This document shows positions 19,598 to 28,931 of a DNA stretch of 58,482 nucleotides, piece by piece. A model generated the notes under the pieces. It did no database searches. It saw only the letters and a list, made by a program, of their open reading frames with translations, and was not told the origin of the DNA. The stretch spans positions 1 through 58,482 of the forward strand of contig JAEOTB010000018.1 of assembly GCA_016840065.1 (NCBI GenBank), read 5' to 3'. Position numbers and translations under genes: made by a program. The DNA is from Candidatus Hermodarchaeota archaeon. GTDB taxonomy: Archaea; Asgardarchaeota; Hermodarchaeia; Hermodarchaeales; Hermodarchaeaceae. Position 1 is the stretch's first letter. The number at the start of each line of letters is the position of its first letter.

Positions 19598-21185
19598 CAA
19601 GGGGAATTCCTCGTCAACTCCGGTCATTGAGGTAGATGATTTTTCCTTCACCTACGCAGGTACTAACGAACCAGTTCTCCACAACATTTCGTTGACTATT
19701 CGAGCAGGGGAATTCGTTCTACTCGCAGGTCCGAGTGGTTGTGGTAAGAGTACACTTACTCGCAGTCTTGCTGGTTTCATCCCCCATGAATTCACAGGTG
19801 AATCCGATGGTACAATTCGTATTCAGGGCGTTGACACGCGCACGCTTCCAATCTATGAACTCTCGAAAACAATCAGCTTAGTACAACAGGACCCCGATAG
19901 TCAGATTGTCACACTTAATGTAGTCGATGAAATAGCGTTTGGTCTAGAAAATTTCCTGACTCCACCATCTGAAATTCCGCCGCGAATTAAATCAGCTTTA
20001 GACGCAGTCAATGCAGAAAAACTAGAGAACCGAAGCACATCTACCCTTTCTGGGGGAGAAAAACAAAAAATCACTCTCGCTTCATTCTTGGCTCTTCAAC
20101 CTCCAATCCTTCTACTAGACGAGCCCACTGCCCGCCTTGACCCACCTACCACACGCGAAGTAATATCTACTCTAGCCCATCTGAACCAGGTTTCGGGGAC
20201 TACAATCCTTGTTGTCGATCACCGAATATCACAACTTCTACCAATATCATCACGATGCCTACTAATGGATGCAGGGCGCATCGTCTTCGATGGAAGCCCT
20301 TCCCAACTACGTCAAAACCCTTTGACTCTCCAGAAGCTAGGTGTTTATCTTACTCCCATGGAAAACACCAGTTCATCTACATCAAGCTCAGAAAGAAAAT
20401 CTACGCCTCTCCTCTCAGTTCAAGGACTAGAATTCTCCTATCCCAAAACCTCTGTTTCACCAAATGGATTTGCGCTCAAAGACGTCTCATTTACTATTTC
20501 TCCAGGAGAACTAGTTGGTATCATTGGAGCTAACGGCTCAGGAAAGACAACCCTACTACAACATCTGATAGGCCTGTTATCACCCGAGAGTGGAACTATC
20601 GAATTAAACGGACAATCAGTTCAAGACCGCCAAGTTTCTGAACTAGCAAGCGATGTAGGATTTATATTCCAAAACCCTCTCCACCAGCTCTGTGAACGAC
20701 GCGTCTGGGATGAACTGCTTCTTGCCAGCCATCATCTCAAGAAACCTACACCTGATGAAGCAGAGATGCGCGCAGAGTCACTGATGACACATTTTGGTCT
20801 AAATAATTACAGAAATCGTTCTCCCTTTTCTCTCAGTATTGGAGAGCAACGCCGCCTTACAATTGCCTCCATTCTGGTCCACAGACCTAACCTTATTCTC
20901 CTTGATGAGCCCTTTATCGGGCTAGATTATCGAAACGTCAATCAAATAATGACAGTAATCAAACAGGCCTCTAACGGGGGGGTCGCTGTTCTCCTGGCAA
21001 CACACGATCCAGCAGTAGTTAGTGCCTACTGCAACCGTCTTCTCTTCCTCAGCGAGGGCAAGCTAGTTCTAGACGCTCCAGTTCATCAAGCCTTCTCTCG
21101 TTTAGAACAGCTTGGTGAAATCGAATTTATACCACCGCACTTGAGAAGGTCATTTACGGTTTGGGAGGTGCCAACAAGAAAGTGA
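19584..21185 (+). CDS. ECF transporter duplicated ATPase (EcfA-EcfA')
   Basis: GPSGCGKS and GANGSGKT Walker A motifs, QDPDSQ/QNPLHQ, LSGGE, LLDEP twice. Confidence 0.93.
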   Translation: MSSVNKGNSSSTPVIEVDDFSFTYAGTNEPVLHNISLTIRAGEFVLLAGPSGCGKSTLTRSLAGFIPHEFTGESDGTIRIQGVDTRTLPIYELSKTISLVQQDPDSQIVTLNVVDEIAFGLENFLTPPSEIPPRIKSALDAVNAEKLENRSTSTLSGGEKQKITLASFLALQPPILLLDEPTARLDPPTTREVISTLAHLNQVSGTTILVVDHRISQLLPISSRCLLMDAGRIVFDGSPSQLRQNPLTLQKLGVYLTPMENTSSSTSSSERKSTPLLSVQGLEFSYPKTSVSPNGFALKDVSFTISPGELVGIIGANGSGKTTLLQHLIGLLSPESGTIELNGQSVQDRQVSELASDVGFIFQNPLHQLCERRVWDELLLASHHLKKPTPDEAEMRAESLMTHFGLNNYRNRSPFSLSIGEQRRLTIASILVHRPNLILLDEPFIGLDYRNVNQIMTVIKQASNGGVAVLLATHDPAVVSAYCNRLLFLSEGKLVLDAPVHQAFSRLEQLGEIEFIPPHLRRSFTVWEVPTRK

Positions 21186-22012
21186 CGAGAAGAAGCCTCT
21201 CTTTCGGATATCATCCTCACAGCTCTATTATTCACCGTTTGAATCCATTGACCAAACTTGTAGCCTTGATCTGTTTTGCCATCCTCGCTGTGATGCTTAA
21301 CTCAGATTTCATCTCTCTTGTCCTTCTTGCCTTTCTCCTCCTCTCTTACTTCGGTGCAGGAATAAGTCTACGTCACGTTATTAGCCGCCTGCGTAGCCTC
21401 CTCGTCTTCGCCCTCCTCATCGCTGTTGTTCAGTTAATCTTCACCTCCTATGGCACTCTTCTCTTCTTCCTTATTCCACCTCTTGTACCTGGATTCGGCC
21501 CCTTCTTCTCCATCACCATGACAGGTGTTGCGAATGCAATTATCCTAGGTCTCAGGCTAATCAACATTGTACTTGCCAGTGCCCTATTTATCGCAACCAC
21601 TGACCCGACACTCTTCGCGGTTACTCTAACTCGTCTCAGGATTCCTTATCGCTACAGCTTCCTGCTTGTATTGACATTACGATTAGTACCACTCTTCGAC
21701 CAAGAATCCGCAATTGTTCAAAACGCTCAACGTACCCGCGGAATCCCCGTGGATCGGGGAATCCTCCGTGGGTTCCTAACTAGAATTCGGTACACCTTCT
21801 TTCCACTCATCTTTTCCGCGTTAAGCCGCGTTGACAACCTCACCCTTGCAATGGATGGTCGTGGATTCGGATACGCTAAAACACGCACATATCACAGACA
21901 GTCTAACTTTAGCAGCGTTGATTGGATTGTTACATTAGCTTGCCTAATTATTACCATTTTTCTCCTCTGGCAATTCACCTTCGTTCTACAACTGCCCAGC
22001 TTATTCGGATAG
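21161..22012 (+). CDS. ecfT: ECF transporter transmembrane component T
   Basis: HRLNPLTK, AQRTRG and AMDGRG conserved Arg motifs. Confidence 0.92.
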   Translation: MGGANKKVTRRSLSFGYHPHSSIIHRLNPLTKLVALICFAILAVMLNSDFISLVLLAFLLLSYFGAGISLRHVISRLRSLLVFALLIAVVQLIFTSYGTLLFFLIPPLVPGFGPFFSITMTGVANAIILGLRLINIVLASALFIATTDPTLFAVTLTRLRIPYRYSFLLVLTLRLVPLFDQESAIVQNAQRTRGIPVDRGILRGFLTRIRYTFFPLIFSALSRVDNLTLAMDGRGFGYAKTRTYHRQSNFSSVDWIVTLACLIITIFLLWQFTFVLQLPSLFG

Positions 22013-22109
22013 CACTTCGGATTGAGAAGAAATCCATAACATCATCCCACATCCAATAATAGGTAGTGGGGGCTGAGATTTAACGAAGCAACAGTTCGTT
22101 GAGGAGGTT

Positions 22110-22862
22110 TCATGCCGGTTTCATAGCTTTGATTTTCGAGCTAACAACAGCACCGGAGCCATCTCGTCCGAGTACCTCGACTTTCTCAAACCCTGCGTCT
22201 CGAAGCAGCTGCAAATACTCTGCTTCAGGAATTGCCCCAGCAATACAGCCAGTATAGCTGTGCACTGATTCTTGAATCTCCTTGGGTAATTCTCCAACTA
22301 GGACCATATCGGATACAAGTAGCCGACCTCCAGGGCGAAGCACTCGGAAAGCCTCTTGGAAGACTTTGGTCTTGTCTGGTGCCAAGTTGATGACGCAATT
22401 TGAGATGATTACATCAACCGAGTTATCTTCAACTGGAAGGGCTTCGATATCACCCTGCCTGAACTCAACGTTTGTTATACCAAGTTTGGTTGCATTGTCA
22501 CGAGCTTTTTGAAGCATTTCTTCTGTCATATCAACTCCAATGACAAAACCGGTCTCTCCGACCTCTTTGGCTGCAAGAAAGGCATCAAGACCAGCACCAC
22601 TACCCAGGTCTAGAACGACCTCTCCTTCATGGAGGCTTGCTAGGGCGGTGGGGTTGCCGCAACCTGCGAAGGACTCAGTTACACTGGCTGGTAGGTGATC
22701 GACATCATAGCCTAACCGCGCTGCTAAGCTATCTGTAGAACAGGATGTGTCCTTATCACAGCAGCTGCCCTGTCGGGCACTAGCTACTCTCGCATAGGCT
22801 CTTCGAACCTCGTCTTTGATTTCTTCGTCAGATAATTCTGAGACTTGCTTTGGTTTACCCAT
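22110..22862 (-). CDS. arsM: Arsenite S-adenosylmethionine methyltransferase
   Basis: CC pair, [29 protein letters not shown]. Confidence 0.9.
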   Translation of the reverse strand: MGKPKQVSELSDEEIKDEVRRAYARVASARQGSCCDKDTSCSTDSLAARLGYDVDHLPASVTESFAGCGNPTALASLHEGEVVLDLGSGAGLDAFLAAKEVGETGFVIGVDMTEEMLQKARDNATKLGITNVEFRQGDIEALPVEDNSVDVIISNCVINLAPDKTKVFQEAFRVLRPGGRLLVSDMVLVGELPKEIQESVHSYTGCIAGAIPEAEYLQLLRDAGFEKVEVLGRDGSGAVVSSKIKAMKPA

Positions 22863-22880
22863 GGTTATTCGCCGATGAGA

Positions 22881-22940
22881 TATTGGGTGTCCAATACTGT
22901 GAGTGTAAGCAGAGAATTTAAATGTATCGGGCATCCAATA
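22881..22940. promoter_or_regulatory. Twin inverted operators around a central TATA-like element of the arsM/PadR divergon
   Basis: TATTGG-GTGT-CCAATA (22881-22896) and TATCGG-GCAT-CCAATA (22925-22940), with AATTTAAAT between them. Confidence 0.7.
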
Positions 22941-22949
22941 TTGACTTGT

Positions 22950-23294
22950 ATGTCACCTAAAGAACAAGAAGAACAATGTTGTCCACCTGACTGTTGCGAT
23001 ATGCGAGGTTTGCTCTCCTTCCAAATTCTATGGTTACTCAGTAGAAAACCGATGAACGGACAACAAATTGCCCAGGAACTCGCACAACGACGTGGCAGCA
23101 AACCCACGCCAGGTACTATCTATCCCGCCCTTAAAGAACTCGCAAACAAGGGCCTCATCCAACCCAACCGTACAGGGCGCCAGGTAGTCTATAAACTCAC
23201 CGAGGAAGGAAAAGAAGGGCTTGTTGACGCCCGACGTTACTTCATTCAGGTCTTTGGCGAAATCTTCGAAGAAGAATACGGACAAGTATGCTAA
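22950..23294 (+). CDS. PadR-family regulator with N-terminal CCxxxCC motif
   Basis: CCPPDCCDMRGLLSFQILWLL, PGTIYPAL, YKLTEEG. Confidence 0.88.
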   Translation: MSPKEQEEQCCPPDCCDMRGLLSFQILWLLSRKPMNGQQIAQELAQRRGSKPTPGTIYPALKELANKGLIQPNRTGRQVVYKLTEEGKEGLVDARRYFIQVFGEIFEEEYGQVC

Positions 23295-23387
23295 CCATTT
23301 AATAAGCTGCCTATCTCTTCCAATCCTTGGTGGGTGAATTCATCTTAGCAGAATTTTTCTCAAATAATCGTGTTCGGTGAAACAAGA

Positions 23388-23570
23388 ATGGTAGAAATAA
23401 TCGAAGTAAAAGACTGGACTTTACCTTACTACGCGGCAGTAAAAATTCGACTGCATAGTGAGGAAGACTTTCATAGGATTGCAAAAACATTGGATGTAGA
23501 ATATATCTTCAAGAAAGGTAAACAACTCCTTTGTATCCACGGAATCACCGTCTACAGGTTCAAACCATAA
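23388..23570 (+). CDS. Small hypothetical protein
   Basis: GGTGA SD; fills the gap before sdaAB. Confidence 0.6.
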   Translation: MVEIIEVKDWTLPYYAAVKIRLHSEEDFHRIAKTLDVEYIFKKGKQLLCIHGITVYRFKP

Positions 23571-23590
23571 ATCACCTTGAGGTGCTGTAA

Positions 23591-24262
23591 TTGGGTAAAG
23601 CAGACAGTGTTTTCGAAGTCATCGGACCAATTATGATTGGACCATCGAGCAGCCACACAGCAGGGGCTGTACGTATTGGTCAGATTGCCGGGGCGATTCT
23701 TGGTGAACCCGCAGTCAAGGCTGTCATCTATCTCCACGGTTCTTACGCTCTTACAGGCAAGGGCCATGGTACAGACAAAGCCCTTGTTGCCGGACTCTTG
23801 GGTTTCGGAGCTGCAGATGAACGAATATCCAGCTCCCTTGTAATCGCGAAAGAGAAGGGGTTACTAGTGAAATTCCGCTGCGTGGACCTCGGTGATGATT
23901 ATCATCCAAACACAGCACGGTTACTCCTTCAAGGTAGTAAGGGTACAAGCTTTGAAATCACAGCTATTAGTGTTGGAGGCGGCAACATTTCGGTGATAGA
24001 AATTAATGGGCTCCCAATCAAACTCTCAGGCGAATATTACACTCTCATCACGATTCATAAGGACCAGCCTGGTATTGTTGCGCAAGCTTCTGAAATCATC
24101 GCGAAAAATAAGGTGAATATTGCTACGGCAAACGTAACGCGCCAACGCAGGGGAGGACTTGCAGCTATGGCAATAGAAATGGATCAGCCACTCCCTCTTG
24201 AGGCAGTCAAACAACTTGAGGATGTTGCTCATATAGTTCGATTCATTCAGCCAGTTTACTAG
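23591..24262 (+). CDS. sdaAB: L-serine ammonia-lyase, Fe-S dependent, beta subunit
   Basis: GPIMIGPSSSHTAGA, GHGTD, HPN, C-terminal ACT domain (HKDQPG). Confidence 0.95.
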   Translation: MGKADSVFEVIGPIMIGPSSSHTAGAVRIGQIAGAILGEPAVKAVIYLHGSYALTGKGHGTDKALVAGLLGFGAADERISSSLVIAKEKGLLVKFRCVDLGDDYHPNTARLLLQGSKGTSFEITAISVGGGNISVIEINGLPIKLSGEYYTLITIHKDQPGIVAQASEIIAKNKVNIATANVTRQRRGGLAAMAIEMDQPLPLEAVKQLEDVAHIVRFIQPVY

Positions 24263-24279
24263 AAAAGATTCGAGGTGTC

Positions 24280-25149
24280 TTGATGAATTACAGGAACATG
24301 CAGGATTTAATTCGACTCGCAGAAAAACAAAAGGTAAAAATCGGAGAGATTGTGATAGCTGTTGAGGCAGAACAAAAGGACTCGCCACCTGAAAAAGTTC
24401 GTGAGGAGATGGTCGAAGTTTGGAGGGTGATGCAGGCTTCTATTCGTAGAGGGCTTACCGAGGAGAACCGGTCTGTGAGTGGTCTCAGTGGAGGAGACGC
24501 AAAGCTAGTTAAAAAAACAAAACCCCGTTTCCTAAGCCGTAGAATCTTCAAAGCTGTTGCAATGGCTCTCGGTGTTGCAGAGGTCAATGCAGCGATGGGT
24601 AAAATCGTTGCGTGCCCAACTGCTGGAAGCTGCGGAATAGTTCCTGCAGCACTCACAGAAGCTGCAAGCCGTCTTAAACTCTCTGAGGACGATGTGATTC
24701 TTGCGTTGTTTACGGCTGCCGGAATTGGTATAGTTTGTTCAGTTAACGCCTCGATTTCAGGTGCTGAAGGTGGATGCCAGGCAGAATGTGGAGTTGCTGC
24801 CGCCATGGCGGCTGGTGCCCTTACTGAAATAGCAGGAGGAACTTCAAAGCAAGTTGGTCACGCTGCTGCACTCTGCCTAAGTAACATGCTAGGATTAGTA
24901 TGTGATCCCGTGGCAGGACTAGTAGAAGTGCCCTGCATCTTACGAAATGCTGGAGCTTTAATGCAGGCGTTTTTAGCTGCAGAACTTGCCCTTGCAGGAG
25001 TTGAAAGCCGAATTCCTGTAGACGAAGTGATAGGCGCTATGGATGAGATAGGAAAAGCACTTCCTGAAAGTCTACGAGAAACAGCCCAAGGAGGCTTAGC
25101 CAATACGCCTACAGGTCAAAAACTCAGCCGCGATATTCCATTAGATTAG
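24280..25149 (+). CDS. sdaAA: L-serine ammonia-lyase, Fe-S dependent, alpha subunit
   Basis: PTAGSCG, ISGAEGGCQAE, GLVCDPVAGLVEVPC, LRETAQGGLA. Confidence 0.95.
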   Translation: MMNYRNMQDLIRLAEKQKVKIGEIVIAVEAEQKDSPPEKVREEMVEVWRVMQASIRRGLTEENRSVSGLSGGDAKLVKKTKPRFLSRRIFKAVAMALGVAEVNAAMGKIVACPTAGSCGIVPAALTEAASRLKLSEDDVILALFTAAGIGIVCSVNASISGAEGGCQAECGVAAAMAAGALTEIAGGTSKQVGHAAALCLSNMLGLVCDPVAGLVEVPCILRNAGALMQAFLAAELALAGVESRIPVDEVIGAMDEIGKALPESLRETAQGGLANTPTGQKLSRDIPLD

Positions 25150-25168
25150 TGGCTACCATGGAAAACAG

Positions 25169-25510
25169 CTAACCGAGTAAGGGAATCATGCAAAGAATTA
25201 CTAGTGGTTCTGTCCCCGTATTCTGAAAGCCATGCCTTTCATTGGGCGGAACATAAATGAACATATCCTGCTGGAAGGGGATTTCTCCTTCCTCTTTGAG
25301 AACAGCGCCTTCACCAGATAACACATAGATTTCATGATCTTCAGGATGAGTGTGAAGAGGGATTCTCCCTTTTGGCTGGATTACGATACGCCTCATAGCA
25401 AAGGTTCGAGCCCCGTTATCCTTATTGATCAGCCACCGTATTGTAGTTCCAGTAGTTCCATACTTGGTAACTTTCTCTTCGGACCTTTCTTCAAAGCGTG
25501 ATACAATCAT
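25169..25510 (-). CDS. Cupin domain protein
   Basis: HTHPEDHEIYVLSGEG, PPNERHGFQN. Confidence 0.88.
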   Translation of the reverse strand: MIVSRFEERSEEKVTKYGTTGTTIRWLINKDNGARTFAMRRIVIQPKGRIPLHTHPEDHEIYVLSGEGAVLKEEGEIPFQQDMFIYVPPNERHGFQNTGTEPLVILCMIPLLG

Positions 25511-25711
25511 CGTAGTCAAATCCAAACGTATTATGCGGTTCTGCTTGCAAGCACTCACTAATAATATTTGGGCAGAAACATGAATTAAAAAATCAATTAA
25601 GAAAAACGAAAGTTTAATTTACTGCGGTTTCTAGAACTAACTCAGCATATAGATAAGTTAGAGTGAATTAATTGCTCAAGCTTGTCAATTCATGCGTGAG
25701 GAGGCTCCAAA

Positions 25712-26080
25712 GTGACAAGGAAGGACTTGGTAAAACAATCGCTTGTGAAGCTACTTGACGGTGCACAACCAGTCATAGAAAGAGGCGATACACTAGCCAT
25801 CGGCAAATTGAAGATACATGCCACTGAATCCGGCTACGCCAATATTACCGTCAGTCGCCCCTTGGATATGGCATTTATCAGGAGTTTCTTCAAGAATTTC
25901 GATGTGTACGCTGAAGAACAGCAGGGCAGTATCAAAGTCAAGAGAAACGCTAACATCTTTCTATATGCAGAACCTGGCGGGCGGCATCGGATATCCTTCG
26001 GGCCGGTCCTCGACTTCGAACTCCTTCTACTCGTCTTCCGATACATACGCACACTGTTTCAGGACATACAACCCCACTAA
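25712..26080 (+). CDS. Hypothetical protein
   Basis: GAGGAGG SD; clean ORF with no recognised motif. Confidence 0.65.
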   Translation: MTRKDLVKQSLVKLLDGAQPVIERGDTLAIGKLKIHATESGYANITVSRPLDMAFIRSFFKNFDVYAEEQQGSIKVKRNANIFLYAEPGGRHRISFGPVLDFELLLLVFRYIRTLFQDIQPH

Positions 26081-26082
26081 AT

Positions 26083-26493
26083 CTATCTAGGTTTGTACTG
26101 AAACGCGTTGGGGAGCAAATCTCTCAAATTCGAGCGTTGTATCTGGTTCGTACTGCCTACTGCTATAATTTCAAGCTCTGGGCTGAATTCGAATAGCACT
26201 TGTCGACAGGCACCACAAGGCATTGAAGGAGTCTGTTGATCCACAACGATGACGAGCTTCAAGAATTGCCTGTCACCATGACTTATTGCTGCATAGGCAG
26301 CGTTTCGTTCTGCGCAAACTGTTAGACCGAGAGAAGTGTTTTCAACGTTGCAGCCAGTGAATATCCGATTATCTGTGGTGAGTAAGGCTGCACCTACTCT
26401 AAAACCGGAGTAAGGCGCGTATGCATGCTGTAATGCATTGCGGGCTAACTCGGTGAGCTCTGTCTCCTTCTCTGTCAGTGTTTGAGGCGGCAT
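26083..26493 (-). CDS. cdd: Cytidine deaminase
   Basis: AYAPYSGFRVGAA, GCNVEN, CAERNA, PCGACRQ. Confidence 0.95.
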   Translation of the reverse strand: MPPQTLTEKETELTELARNALQHAYAPYSGFRVGAALLTTDNRIFTGCNVENTSLGLTVCAERNAAYAAISHGDRQFLKLVIVVDQQTPSMPCGACRQVLFEFSPELEIIAVGSTNQIQRSNLRDLLPNAFQYKPR

Positions 26494-26824
26494 AATGTCA
26501 TCACTCTATCGACTTTACAACTGTAAGACGGTTTTTTCAAGCTTTTTTATGGCTCAAAAGTTTTGTCAGTTAAACACAATAAAAGACTCCGACTGTATTA
26601 CCCAATATAAAAAAGAAGGGTTCTAGGACCGTTTCTCCGCTTTTCCTATTTTAAGACGGTTTTGTTCCCTTTTTCGCCTCTAATGGGCTGTTAAAAGGAA
26701 AAAGCAAAATTCAAAAGAAAATAGAGTCGTATACTGAAAACAAAGGGTTTAAATACCTTCTTTTGCGAATCTATATATGTAAGCAACTAGATAATCTTTG
26801 AATAATAAAGGATGTGAAAATACA

Positions 26825-27007
26825 ATGGCAGTACTGGACTCTTGGGCGCAAACCTCAGAGACCGGGTCAACGACGGTGGCTATAGTGTGCTATGCTTGTC
26901 ACCACAAGAACATCCTAAGGAAACGCTTCTTCTTCTGGCTCAAGGCCAAGGGCAAGGAACACATTCTCTGCAGAAACTGTGGCAGACCGCTCTCCCTCGG
27001 CTCCTAA
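26825..27007 (+). CDS. Small zinc-ribbon protein
   Basis: CYAC...CRNCG pairs. Confidence 0.65.
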   Translation: MAVLDSWAQTSETGSTTVAIVCYACHHKNILRKRFFFWLKAKGKEHILCRNCGRPLSLGS

Positions 27008-27112
27008 GACAAGAGAGTTTTTTTCAAGCTGGAATCAACTGTGTTTGCTGCAAAACCTTTTTCTGAATCTAAACAACTCAGAGAAACACTTTATCATAAA
27101 AAGGGGACTCGT

Positions 27113-27574
27113 ATGTCTACAGTCATGGAAAAAGTCAAGGGTTATCTCGAGGCCATGCGTCTAACTTATGAGGTGCGGCCAGAAGGAGGAAAAATAGACC
27201 GATTCTACGTGAATTTTGTAGATCCTAAGGATAACAAATTCTCAGTTGTAATCGATCAGGTAGCGAATTGGTTAAGATTCTGGGCCTTAGTCCTTTCCCA
27301 CAAAAAAATAGGAGGCTCTGAAAAACAAATCGCGCTCAACACGACTCTCCTAAAGGCAAATGGTGATCTAGCTGAAGTGAAATACTTCATCACCCCTAAG
27401 GGAGACGTGGGAATCGTTGGTCATGAAGGATTGAAGGCTCTAACGGTCGACGGCTTCCGTCAAGAATTCGACGCAGTCTCCTTCGGCATATACTATTTCG
27501 TCACAAAAATAGCACCAAAACACAATCTGAGAATCGCCGAGATTCCCAAGGATCAGTTATCCATCTATAGTTAG
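27113..27574 (+). CDS. YbjN / type III secretion chaperone-like protein, paralog 1
   Basis: LLKANGDLAEVKY..GDV pattern typical of the YbjN fold; paralog adjacent. Confidence 0.6.
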   Translation: MSTVMEKVKGYLEAMRLTYEVRPEGGKIDRFYVNFVDPKDNKFSVVIDQVANWLRFWALVLSHKKIGGSEKQIALNTTLLKANGDLAEVKYFITPKGDVGIVGHEGLKALTVDGFRQEFDAVSFGIYYFVTKIAPKHNLRIAEIPKDQLSIYS

Positions 27575-27649
27575 CAAGTTCATAAGGGTCAGAAACCTTT
27601 TTCTGGTTAAAGAGAATTCACAAAGCAAGGCTCCCAAGGAGAAAAGAAA

Positions 27650-28078
27650 ATGAGTACAATAGACAAAATTGAAGAGTTTCTCAAACAGATGAATCTCATA
27701 TACAGTAAAGTTACCGAAGAGGACAGAATCATCCTACCCTATGAGATTAAAGATAGAAAGTTTGTCGTCATAATTGACAGGTCTGACAGATGGGTAAGAT
27801 TCCATACGAAAATTATGTCGAAAGACCAGTTAGGCAAAGTCGACATGCTGGCACTAACAAAGGAGCTACTAATCGCGAATGGTAATCTAGCTGAAGTCAA
27901 GTTTATACTCACTGGCGACGGCGACGTCGCGGTGGTGGGCCACGAGGGACTCGAAGTCCTAACCTTTGATGGGTTCAAACAGGAGTACAACGCGATTCCC
28001 TTCGCAATAAGTTATTTCATCGAAAATATCGCGCCTAAACTTGGTCTAGATGTACCTGGTTTAGATGTAGAGCAGTAG
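27650..28078 (+). CDS. YbjN / type III secretion chaperone-like protein, paralog 2
   Basis: LLIANGNLAEVKF..GDV, GHEGL..LT.DGF.QE shared with the neighbour. Confidence 0.6.
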   Translation: MSTIDKIEEFLKQMNLIYSKVTEEDRIILPYEIKDRKFVVIIDRSDRWVRFHTKIMSKDQLGKVDMLALTKELLIANGNLAEVKFILTGDGDVAVVGHEGLEVLTFDGFKQEYNAIPFAISYFIENIAPKLGLDVPGLDVEQ

Positions 28079-28163
28079 AGGATACAAGGATATCAAAATC
28101 TTTGGTCCTCCGCTCTCCTCATTTTTCAGAACGAGGGCTCACCGTAGATAGGAGTAGAGTGAC

Positions 28164-28925
28164 CTGCCAAACTTTGATGCTCTTCTCATCGATATGGACA
28201 ACACCTTGATTCTGTTTGATGAAGACAAGTTCCTGCTGGAGTATGCACGTCTAGCGGCTCCATACTTCTCTGATATCATCGATGAACATGCTTTCTTCCG
28301 GAAACTGCTAGCCTCTACGCAGCACATGATGAAGAACGATGGTAAAACAACAAATGTTGAAGCATTCACCAATCATTTTCTAGCAGATTTCTCCTCTCTC
28401 AGTTACGAAGAATGCTACACTCGCTTTGATCGATTCTATACTGAAGCCTTCCCAAAACTGAACTCTCTTATTAAACCAGCGACCACAGGTCGTCAACTCT
28501 TGCATCACGCGCTCGAAGCTGGACTGCAAGTTGCCATAGCAACAAACCCTATTTTCCCTAAAAGAGCTACAGTACACCGTCTCAGGTGGGCAAACGTCGC
28601 AGACTTGGATATCGCTCTAGTTACTGACGCTGAGAATATGAGCTACTGCAAGCCGAGACCAGAATATTATCAGAAGGTACTCGATATTCTAGGACGCCAG
28701 CCTCCTGATTGCCTGATGGTAGGCAATGACCCAGTTAGTGATATGAGCGCTTCTACACTTGGGATTAAAACATTTCTTGTCGAAAACGAAGAGGAGATAG
28801 CGCGGCTTGGTTTGGTTTCAGCACAGATTGGCGACCAAGCACGCGAAGTCGTTGACGAAACAAAGTTTCAAATAGATTGGCGCGGAACACTCAAAGACGT
28901 CGAGAAAGTACTATTACAAAGGTGA
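28164..28925 (+). CDS. HAD-superfamily hydrolase
   Basis: Motif I LLIDMDNTL requires a start upstream of the track ATG (CTG28164 after GGAG; in-frame TAG at 28155); ATNP, KPRP, MVGND. Confidence 0.88.
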   Translation: MPNFDALLIDMDNTLILFDEDKFLLEYARLAAPYFSDIIDEHAFFRKLLASTQHMMKNDGKTTNVEAFTNHFLADFSSLSYEECYTRFDRFYTEAFPKLNSLIKPATTGRQLLHHALEAGLQVAIATNPIFPKRATVHRLRWANVADLDIALVTDAENMSYCKPRPEYYQKVLDILGRQPPDCLMVGNDPVSDMSASTLGIKTFLVENEEEIARLGLVSAQIGDQAREVVDETKFQIDWRGTLKDVEKVLLQR

Positions 28926-28931
28926 AGGCTG

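Noticed and set aside
22845-22949. Overlapping N-terminal extensions of arsM and PadR in the ORF track
   Set aside because: The region is better explained as the shared promoter/operator; starts were re-called at 22862 and 22950
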